64,000 bases of DNA from Malacoraja senta (lineage: Eukaryota). Positions 12,021-22,531 of this stretch are shown one piece after another (the first letter of the stretch is position 1; the number at the start of each line of letters is the position of its first letter). The notes under the pieces are model-generated. The model saw only the letters and a program-made list of their open reading frames with translations, did no database searches and had not been told where the DNA came from. Location: assembly GCA_038087875.1 (NCBI GenBank), contig CM075995.1, forward strand, positions 7,442,001 through 7,506,000. The letters are read 5' to 3'. A program made the position numbers and the translations under genes.

Positions 12021-14114
12021 TAAGACTGGTGGGAGAACTGGGAAGGGGGAGGGGATGGAGAGAGAGGGAAAGCAAGGGCTATTTGAAGTTAGAGAAGTCC
12101 GTGTTCTCAGAAGTCAGAGGGATATGGATCATAAAGGGGGACTCGGCCATGCCCGGTCCTGACCTGGCGGTGGAATGGGGGGTTTGGGGCGCCGAGAACA
12201 AACGGGGACCCGGCGTGGGGACGCTGCCGAGAACAAAGAGGGACTTGGCGGGGAGGTGGGGGGGCACTGAGAACAATGGAGGGACTTGCTGACAACATCG
12301 GGGGACCCGGCAGGGTAAAGGGGGGGGGGTGGCCTGCTGCCACTTGCAGCGGCAGGCAGAGATTGGAACTGTTTGGTGAACTGTTGTAACTTTGTTGGCA
12401 CCAGAAACGTGGCGACTCTGGAGTACTGCTTAGGTGAGGTTTGCTGTCTGATTTTACCGGGTTGTGTGCAAAACAAAACATGTCACTGTACTTGGGTACA
12501 CGTGACAATAGACAATAGGTGCGGGAGTAGGCCATTCGGCCCTTCGAGCCCGCACCGCCATTCAATGTGATCATGGCTGATCATCCCCAATCAGTACCCC
12601 GTTCCTGCCTTCTCCCCATATCCCCTGACTCCGCTATTTTTAAGAGCCCTATCTAGCTCTCTCTTGAAAGCATCCAGAGAACCTGCCTCCACCGCCCTCT
12701 GAGGCAGAGAATTCCACAGACTCACCACTCTCTGTGAGAAAAAGTGTTTCCTCGTCTCTGTTCTAAATGGCTTACTCCTTATTCTTAAACTGTGGCCACT
12801 GGTTCTGGACTCCCCCCAACATCGGGAACATGTTCCCTGCCTCTAGCGTGTCCAAGCAATAAAGATACACCCCCCCACGCCGGGTCCCCCTTTGTTCTAG
12901 GCGACCTGCCCCACCCCTCGTCCCCCTGTGTACTAGGCGACCCCCCCCATGCCGGTTCCCCCTTTGTTCTCGGTACACACCCCCCCCACCCCACCACGCC
13001 GGGATCCCTTTACTCACTGCGACCCCCCCCCCCCCCATGCCGGGTTCCCCTTTGTTCTCGGCCCCTCTCTCCACCCCCCCCCCCCCCCCCACGCCGGGTT
13101 CCCCTTTGTTCTCAGCGACGCGGCCTGGACACCTCGTGGAAATACTAAATAGTTGAGGGGAGATGATAGAAATATATATAATTATAGGACACGGAAGGAA
13201 AGACAGTCAAACTTTTTCCCAGGGTGGAATTCTCCAACACTAGAGGGCAATGCTATAAAGTGAGAAGAGGAAAGTTTAATGGAGATGTGCAGGGGAAGTT
13301 TTATTACACAGAGAGTGGTGGGGGGCTGGAATGCATTGGTAGGGGTGGCGATGGAGGCAGATATGATAGTGGCATTTAAGAGGCTTTTGAACAGGCACAT
13401 GGGAGTGCATGGATTAGAGGGATATGGATCATATGCAGGCAGATGAGATCAGCTCAGCTAGACATCATGTTCGGCACAAACATTGTAGGCCGAAGTGGCC
13501 GTTCCTGTGTTACACTTCTCTATGGAAAAGCAGCTAAAGTAGTTCAGGACCTTTCCCACAATGATCATTCCTCCTCTTTCCCGTTCCCATCTGGCAGAAG
13601 ACACAGAAGCTTGAAAGTGCATACTACCAGCCCCGGGAACAGTTTGGGCGGCGCAGTAGTGCAGCGTTAGAGTTGCTGCCTTACAGTGCCAGAGACCCGT
13701 GTTCGATCCTGACTATGGGTGCTGTCTGTACGGAGGTTGTACATTCTCCCCGTGACCTCCGTAGGTTTTCTCCGGGATCTCTGGTTTCCCCCCCACACTC
13801 CGAAGACGTACAGTTTTGTAGGTTAATTGACTTGGTATAATTGTAAATTGTCCCTAGGGTGTGCAGGATAGTGTCAGTGTTCGGGGTTTGCTGATGGACG
13901 CAGACTCAAAGGGCCTGTTTCCGCTCTGTATCTCTAAACTAAACTATAGTTTCTTCCCCTCTGTTACCATAAGTTAGGGTGCAGTCCTGATTTTCTATCC
14001 TACCTCATTGTGGATATTGGACTGTTTCTCTGAAACTATTACGCCACAATGTTAGGGTCAAGCCTTTGTGCATGTACAGAGGTCCTGGAATTAATGGAAT
14101 TTGTACATGTAAAT

Positions 14115-15514
14115 CAGGCACGTGCCATGAGTAATTACTCAAGGTAGGCAGTCAGTCGGCTTTAAAAAAAAATTAAACCGCGCATGCACAGATTGTTCTC
14201 TCCGTAAAAATAAAAAATAAAAATAAAAACAGTAACAATTCAATTTGCCCAAGACTTCCTAGTCTCCTGTATTCCGAATTACTGAATGGGTGGGGGGTGA
14301 AGGGTGATGGCAGGTGGAGAGATGGTGGGGAAAAACGGGAGCACAGGGAAAAGTTGAATCAGTTGTCATCTAATTGAATGACAACACTTGTTCAAGGGCC
14401 CATTTGGGGGGAGAGTTCCTTTCACAGCGTGTGGGGGAGTCTGTGCCAGGGGTAAAGTTGTGGGGAGGGCACGAGTGTTGAGAAGGAGGGGGTCTGGGAT
14501 AATGCCAGCAACTCACTCACCGCATTGTAGCCGGGGATAGAAGCAGCTCGGGTGGCTGCGAGCGGCCGCCGGGACCCGACAGCAGAACTGGCCGCCACTT
14601 CAGCGCCTTCTGCCGGCCCGCTCACCTCTGGGAGTGCTCTGCGTCCGAACAGCTCTCACCTGCCGCTCGCCGACTTCGCACATGTCAGCCGCTTCCCGCA
14701 AATCCTTAAATTCCCACAGCCGAGTAACCTCAATCGCGCTGTCGGAATTTAAGGATTTGCGGGAAGCGGCTGACATGAGTGAGGCCAGCGAGCGGCAGGA
14801 GTGAGGGTTTTAGACGGAGAATTGCCAGAGGTGAGCGGAGGCCGGCAGAAGGCGCTGAGGTGGCGGCCGGTTCCGCTGTCCGGCCTGGTGGCCGCTCACA
14901 GCCACCCGAGCTGCTTCTCTCCCCTGTCCTCAATGCAGTGGCTCCGTGCAAGAAGTGTCGCAAGTGGCATTATCCTGACCCCCTCCTTCACAACGCTCCT
15001 GCCCTCCCCGCAAATTTACCCCGGGCCAGACTCCCCAAACGCTGTGAAAGGAACTCTTCCCCCACCCCCACAACCCGGGAAATACGGTATTTAAAAACAT
15101 AAAGCACCAAGAAATGTACTTACCACATTATCGGTACACGAGCTCCATTCTTCTCTCTTTGTTTCCTAAGATACTCTTAAAATAATGGCAATTCATATTT
15201 GAAAACCCCGCCAAGAAACTAACGCTGCGCATGCGCAGTAGGCTGCTGCACCTGCGCAGTGCTGCAAAGGCAGAATTTCAGCCCTGCTTGTCATTGACGG
15301 CTTGAAGCAGCGCTGACGCACGTGGGCTGCACAGACCTTCCCGTGTTACAAGTGCTGCGGTTGAAAGGCACGGAGAATTATGCCCACCTAAGAGATCGAT
15401 TTAGATAGGCATAATTCTCCCATGCCTTTACTATTTATATTTAGTAATTACCATGTTATAATTTTAGTCAGGGTAGCCAGTGCCTACCTTGCCTACCCCG
15501 ACGGCACGTGCCTG
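14115..15514. mobile_element. Non-autonomous hAT DNA transposon with large internal palindrome
   Basis: 12-bp TIR CAGGCACGTGCC/GGCACGTGCCTG, subterminal AAGGTAGGCA/TGCCTACCTT, and 8-bp TSD ATGTAAAT (14107-14114) / ACGTAAAT (15515-15522). Confidence 0.85.
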
Positions 15515-17716
15515 ACGTAAATGCAAGCCAGGAGTTCGACCCAGAACCAATAGTGAAAGATGAATAGTGCAAGGCCCGGATAGAATGGATGCGGAGAAGA
15601 TGTTTCCACTGGTGGGAGAGTCCAGGAAGGAGAATAGGAGGGAGAAATGGGGTTAGGAAGGCGAGATAGATCAGCCATGATTGATTGGCGGTTAGACCTG
15701 ATGGGCCGAATAGTCTTATTCTTTCCCTATCCCTTATGAGGGGCGAGTAGAAGAGTCTATGTCTAGAGGTCACAGCCTCAGAATTAAAAGTCATTCCTTT
15801 CGGAAGGAGACGAGGAGGAATTTCTTTGGTCAGGAGGGTGGGGAATCTGTGGAATTCATTGCCACCGAAGGCTGTGGAGGCCGTCAATGGCTATTTTTAA
15901 GGCAGAGACAGATTCTTGATTAGTGCGGGTGTCAGGGGTTATGTGGAGAAAGCAGGAGAATGGGGTTGGGAGGGTGAGATAGATCAGCCATGATTGAATG
16001 GCGGAGTAGACTTGATTGGCCGAATGGACTAATTCTGCTCCATTATGAAGATGAACCATTGTCATTTAACAGCGGATACTGTCATTGCGCATTGTGTTTT
16101 AATTCTCGCTGCATAATCCTCGAATGAATTGGTACTTACAAAAAATGTGTATTTGTCAATTGCCACAAGCATGTACTTATGAGCAGGTTGTCAGCGTTGC
16201 TCCATTAATAACCCTTGGCATCCATCACATAATGACTCAGTTCTATTATCCTCCTGTATTCATTATTCACTCCATTGTCTTGTTAATATTCTGAATGTTG
16301 CAGCACCAATTCTGTAGGTTGGAATCGGCAACTTGAAATATTTGCATTTAAATTGGTTTATGTTTGGATTTGAAGGTTACCCAGCAAATGTTACTTTTTA
16401 ATTTAGTTTATTGTCACGTGTACCGTGGAAAAGCATTTTCCAGTCAGCGGAAGGACTATACATGGTCACAATCAAGCCGTGCACACTGTGCCGATACAGG
16501 ATAACGGGATTAACGTTGAATGCAAATTAAGCTGGGGCGAAACAGTGGTGCAGCGGTAGAGTTGTTGCCTTACACGCCAAACTTATGAAATATGGTACAA
16601 AAAGATGGAAGAAGTCTGCATGGCAGACCGCACGCACAAGTGCGATGGGAAACAGAGTCAGTGTTTGGGTGGCGCAGCGGTAGAACTGCTGCCTCCAAGT
16701 GCCAGCGACATGGGTTCGATCCTGACTACGGGTGCTGTCTGTATGGAGTTTGTATGGAGTCTGAGTGACCGTGTGGGTTTTCTCCAGGTGCTTCAGTTTC
16801 CTTCGTCACTCCAAAGACGTACAGCTTTGTATGCTAATTGATTTTGGTGAAATATTGTATGTGGGATGATGCTATCCGAAGGGCCTGTTTCTGAGCTGTA
16901 TCTCTAAACGAAAGCAGGATTAAAGATTGTCCGAGGGTCTCCAATGAGTAGATGGTAGCTGAGGACCACTCTCTAGTTGGTGGTGGGATGGTTCAGTTGA
17001 TAACAGTTGGGAAGAAACTGTCCCTGAATCTGGAGGTGTGCGTTTTCACACCTCTGTACCTCTTGCCCAATGGGAGAGGGGAGAAGAGGGAGTGACTGGG
17101 GTAAGACTGGTCCTTGATTGTGCTGCTAGCCTGGCCTTCTTCTTATCTAGTCCGCATACAAGATTAGAAGTTGTTCAGCCAGAGCTGTATCATCCTCATG
17201 ATTGTGGATGATCAGCCATGATTACATTGAATGGCGGTGTTGGCTCGAAGGGCCGAATGGCCTACTCCTGCGCCTATTGTCTATTGATAGAGGGGAGAAG
17301 AGGGAGTGAAACTGGTCCTTGATTGTGCTGGTGGCCTTGCTGAGGCAGCGTGAGGTGTAAATGGAGTCAATGGAAGGGAGGTTGGTTTGCGCGATAGACT
17401 GGGCTAGGTCCACAAATGGTGTTATGGGCTAATGAGCTTGGAAATCCATATCGTCGGTAACCTGAAACAAAAAAGAGAGAAAGCTGGAGATACTCAGCAG
17501 CTCAAGCCATTCAATTAGAAATTCAGTTTGGTCCAGAGATATAGGATGGCCCACCAAGTCCACACCGATTATCGATCAAGAAAGTCAAGAGTGTTTCATT
17601 GTCATATGAACCAGAGAGAACAATGAAATTCTTACCTGCAGCAGCACAACATAATATGTAAATGTTGTACTGTAATCAATATAATAAACAAAAAAAAAGT
17701 TCAGTGTGTGTATATA

Positions 17717-17780
17717 TACACACACACACACACACACACATGCGTGCACACACACACACACATGCGTGCACACACACACA
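17717..17780. repeat. Interrupted (CA)n microsatellite
   Basis: Direct observation. Confidence 0.95.
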
Positions 17781-18547
17781 TATACATAAAGTACAAATAA
17801 TAATTGCGCAATAATAACAATAATAGTCTATAGTTCAGAGCTTATTGGAGGTTGTAGTGTTTAATAGTCTGATGATTCCTGATGGCCTGATGAATAGATA
17901 ACGGCTGTTTACGTTAGTTCTATGTTATACCACTTTTTCCTCCACTCCCTACACACTAGGGGTAAATTACGGAGGTCAATTGACCTACAAAAACCCGCAC
18001 GTCTTTGGGATGTGGGAGGAAACCGGAGCAGCTAGAGGATATCTGTGCGGTCACAGAGAGAACGTGCAAACTCCACGCAGACAGCACCCGGGGTCAGGAT
18101 CGAACCTGTGTCGCTCTTCGCCAGTGGGGATGACGGTTGCAGAATCTAGGTCTCTGCATTTCATTTTGTCGATGCAGCCATTGTGTGCATCAAGTGGCAT
18201 ACTTGGTCAAATTGATTTTTAACATCACAAATAATCCAAGGACTGTGAACCACAAAACTATTTTTGTTCACGTGAATGCCCTGGTTTTCTCTGTAATCAG
18301 GGGAAATTAGGGTCTCCATATGAACAAAAATAGTTGTGTTCATTTGGATGCCCTGATTTCCTCTGTAGTCTTTTATCCTGCAATCTAAACGTCAAAGAAT
18401 TAAAAAAAGATTTTTTTTGACTAAAGTCTTCAGAGGACTTGAATTTAGCTGGGTGACCTGCTTTAGATTGGGGTTATTTTTTCCCAAGATGGCATCGGGA
18501 AAAGATGACATTTTGTAGGCAACATGCTGCAGAACACTATATTAAAG

Positions 18548-18990
18548 ATAGACACAAATGCTGGAGTAACTCAATGGGACAGACAAAATCTCTGGAGAGA
18601 AGGAATGGTTGACGTTTCGGGTCGAGACCCTTCTTCAGACGCAGTCAGGGGAGAGGGAGACTAGAGATATGGAAGAGTAAGGTGTGAAAACGACAGATCA
18701 AAGCAGGCGATGAAAATGAGAATGAGAAGAAGGTGACATCGAAGCATTCAGGAAAACAATGGACCATTCTCCATTTCCTTGATCAACGTCTGCTTTGATC
18801 TGTCATTTTCACACCTTACCCTTCCGTATCTCTAGTCTGCCTCCCCCCTGACTCTAATTCTGAAGAAGGGTCTCGACCCGAAACGTCACCCATTTCTTCT
18901 CTCCAGAGATGCTGCCTGTCCTGCTGAGTTACTCCAGCATTTTGTGTCTAATTTCGGTGTAAACCAGCACCTGCAGTTCCTTCCTAAACA
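18548..18990. mobile_element. Inverted pair of Penelope-derived short repeats, each with a hammerhead-like motif
   Basis: 18548-18712 is the reverse complement of about 18785-18952. Core CTGAAGAAGGGTCTCGACCCGAAACGTC at 18860-18887 (+) and its complement at 18611-18638. Confidence 0.75.
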
Positions 18991-19208
18991 CTTGTATGTT
19001 CACGGTTTGATCTTTTAAAGCTAGAATCTGCAGGCAGAACAACAGCTGGAGGACACAAAGTGGTGGAGTAACTCAGCAGGCCAGGCAGCATCTCTGGGGA
19101 ACATAGACGGGTGACGTTTCAGGATGGGACCCTTCATCAAACCGACTCAAAACGTCATCTATCCATGTTCTCCGGAGGTTTAATTTAGAGATAGCGCGGG
19201 AACAGGCT

Positions 19209-20628
19209 CTATCTCCCCCTGAAGCCCAAAAACCAATCAAATCTGTTTAACCTTACCCACTGCCTCGAGGATATAAAGTGTTGGATGGCCCAGAACTTCC
19301 TCCAACTAAACGAGAGTAAGTCTGAGGTCATCCTTCTCGGCCCCAATCAAAATGATAGCAGGCAGCCTTGGAAGCCTTACCCCACTACTCAAACCTCATG
19401 TCAAAAACCTTGGCGTGATATTTGACTCAGCACTGAAATTTGACAAACAAGTCAATGCCGTGGTAAAAGCTAGCTTCTTTCAGCTTCGGACGATAGCTAA
19501 AATAAAACAATTCCTCCAGTTTGATGACCTCGAAAAGAGCATCCACACATTTATCTCCTCCCGCCTAGATTACTGCAACTCCCTTTACACTGGCATCAGC
19601 CAATCTTCCCTGTCCCGCCTGCAACTGGTCCAAAACGCCGCAGCGAGACTCCTGACGGGCACCCGAAAAAGGGACCACATCACCCTGATCCTGGCCTCTC
19701 TCCACTGGCTCCCTGTGCGGTTCCGTATAAACTTCAAGATCCTCCTCCATGTCTACAAAGCCCTCAATGGGCTTGCCCCCACCTACATAAAAAGTCTTCT
19801 CACCCACCACACCACCTCCAGGCCCCTCAGATCGGCCGACTTGGGGTTGCTGAATATCCCACGGTCTAGGCATAAGCTCAGGGGCGACCGCGCCTTTGCG
19901 GTTGCAGCCCCTAGACTGTGGAACAGCATCCCCTTTCCCATCAGAGCTGCCCCCTCCATCGACTCTTTTAAGTCAAGACTAAAGACTTTTCTATACTCCC
20001 AAGCCTTTCCTGATGTCCTCTGAGTGAGGGCTACATGTACATACAGTTGCTTGCAAAAGTATTCATACCCCTTGAACTTTTCCACATTTTGTCACGTTAC
20101 AACCACAAACGTAAATGTATTTTATTGGGATTTTATGTGATAGACCAACACAAAGTGGCGCATAATTGTGAAGTGGAAGGAAAATGATACATGGTTTTCT
20201 GAGATTAGATTACACACAAGTGGACTCTATTTACTAATTAGGTGACTTCTGAAGGCAATTGGTTGCACTGGATTTTATATAGGGGTATCAGAGTAAAGGG
20301 GGCTGAATACTTTTGCACGCGACACTTTTCAGTTTTTTATTTGTAAAAAAATTTGAAAACCATGTATCATTTTCCTTCCACTTCACAATTATGCACCACT
20401 TTGTGTTGGTCTATCACATAAAATCCCAATAAAATACATTTACGTTTGTGGTTGTAACGTGACAAAATGTGGAAAAGTTCAAGGGGTATGAATACTTTTG
20501 CAAGCCACTGTATGTATGTAGTTTGTTTTGTTGTGCTATTCTTATAACAAATGTAAAGCACTTTGGCCAACGAGAGTTGTTTTTTAAATGTGCTATATAA
20601 ATAAATGTGACTTGACTTGACTTGACTT
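19209..20628 (+). mobile_element. 5'-truncated L2 LINE (ORF2 C-terminal part 19352-20023), with a Tc1 MITE in its 3' UTR
   Basis: KNLGVIFDS, SRLDYCNSL, LQLVQNAAARLL, HIT..LASLHWLPV and APRLWNS motifs; tail AATAAATGT(GACTT)n. Confidence 0.9.
20044..20510. mobile_element. Tc1/mariner non-autonomous element (MITE)
   Basis: TA TSD and TIRs of about 155 bp beginning CAGTTGCTTGCAAAAGTATTCATACCCC / GGGGTATGAATACTTTTGCAAGCCACTG. Confidence 0.92.
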
Positions 20629-21590
20629 CAGCCCACTGAGTCTGCGCCGACCAACGATTACCCCGTACACCAATATTATCCTACACACTGGGGACAATTT
20701 ACAATGATTACCAAAGCCAATTAACCTACAAACCTGAACGACTTTGGAGTGTGGGAGGAACCTGGAGCACCCAAAGAGAACCCTCAGGGAGAACGTACAA
20801 ACTCCGTACAGTCAGCACCCATAGACAGTACAAACCTGAGTCTCTGGCGCTGTAAGGCAGCAACTCTACCGTAGTGCCACCATCCCATGCGCCACAGAGG
20901 CACCACAGATGTGCTGAGTTACTCCTGCACTTTGCATCCTTTTATATAAACCAGCATCTGCAGTTCCTTGTTTCCGCAACAACGGTAGGAATTGGACTTT
21001 TCAGCAATTTAAATGCATTTGTAATGTTCTGATCGTTTGTTGGACTGACCTCCCCACAATGCATGCTGGTATAGAGAGGCTTCCATTGTGCAAGAAAACG
21101 TGGTCGCCAGGGAGGCCTTCAGGTTAGACTGAAACCTTCGGACTCAACTCTCCAAACACACCACCCCAGCCCGGGGATTTTTCCATTCACTTCGTGAGCC
21201 AAATGGTGTTGATACACTGCTGAAACAGGCCCTTCGGCCCACCGAGTCCATGCCGACCAGCGATCACCCGCACACTTGCACTATCCTGAACACGCTAGGG
21301 ACAATTTACAATTATACCAAACCTGTGCTTCTTTGGGGTGGGGGAGCTAGCACAGTCATATAGCACAGAAATAGGCCCTTGCCCACGTCCAAGCAAAATA
21401 CCCCATCTATATGCCCCACCTGCCTATGTTTGGCCCATATCCCTCTAAACCTTTCCTATCCATGTGCATGTCCAAATGTCTTGTACATGTTATAATACCT
21501 GCCTCAACTATCTCTGGCAGCTCGTTCCATAAACCCACTGAGAGTTGGCCCTCAGATTACTATTGCATCTTTTCCCTCTCACCTTAAGTC

Positions 21591-21780
21591 CTCTGGTTCT
21601 TGATTCCCCTCTGCTGAAAGACTCTGGTTCTTGATTCCCCTCTGCTGAAAGACTCTGGTTCTTGATTCCCCTCTGCTTGAAAGTCCTCTGGTTCTTGATT
21701 CCCCTCTGCTGAAAGACTCTGGTTCTTGATTCCCCTCTGCTTGAAAGTCCTCTGGTTCTCGATTCCCCTTTTCTGAAAGA
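21591..21780. repeat. Minisatellite, 6 copies of a 31/33-bp unit derived from CR1 ORF2
   Basis: Unit CTCTGGTTCTTGATTCCCCTCTGCTGAAAGA, whose minus strand encodes GESRTR; embedded in a minus-strand CR1 fragment. Confidence 0.9.
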
Positions 21781-22531
21781 CTCTGTGCATTCACCCTATC
21801 TATTGAGGAATTGAGCGTTGATGGGGTGCACCATCACCAATACCTACCCTGTCATCACTGGAGACTTCAACTGGGCTAGCTGGAAGAAGCTATCTACCTC
21901 CCAATATAATATCAGCACATCGCCTTAAACACCAGAGGACTCGACCATTACTATACTACCATTGGGATTGAGAGGGAAAGATAGATCAGCCGTGATTGAA
22001 TGGCAGAGTAGACTCGATGGGCCGAATGGCCTAATTCTGCTTGTATAATTTATGAAGTTATGACAACGGACTTTTATAGTCGGGTCAAGAAACCTGCCCT
22101 TAAAACCACTGGGCCTTAAAAATGGCGCCAAAACTGGCAGGTCTGTATACTGCCTCTGTGTACCACTGCTATACACTTGCACTGTATCCGAGATGCTTAT
22201 CTAATATGTGTCTAAGTATTCATGTATAGTGATACGTACTGAACCGTATACAAAAATGAAATTCACTGCACCTTGGCACGTGTGACAAATAAAGTACCAT
22301 TGAACCATTGATAATCGGTATAAATGTAAAATTGTCCTTAGTGTGTGTAGGGTAGTGTTAATGTGCGGGGATCACTGGTCAATGGGCCGAAGGGCCTGTT
22401 TCCGCGCTGTATCCGAACTAATCTATGATTAAGATTTCTAAGCCCTGCATGTAGGATAAAAATTGCTGCTTCCAGCGCCATTTAATAAATCCTGTATATT
22501 TAGAGTGATAACCTAGATACGTGATTTACTG

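Noticed and set aside
17415..17482. Minus-strand acceptor-like TCTCTTTTTTGTTTCAG
   Set aside because: It overlaps the start of a Penelope-derived repeat, and the downstream reading runs into a Rex1-like repeat with no donor.
21591..21780. CRISPR-like regular repeats
   Set aside because: Head-to-tail tandem units with no unique spacers, derived from CR1, in a eukaryotic context.
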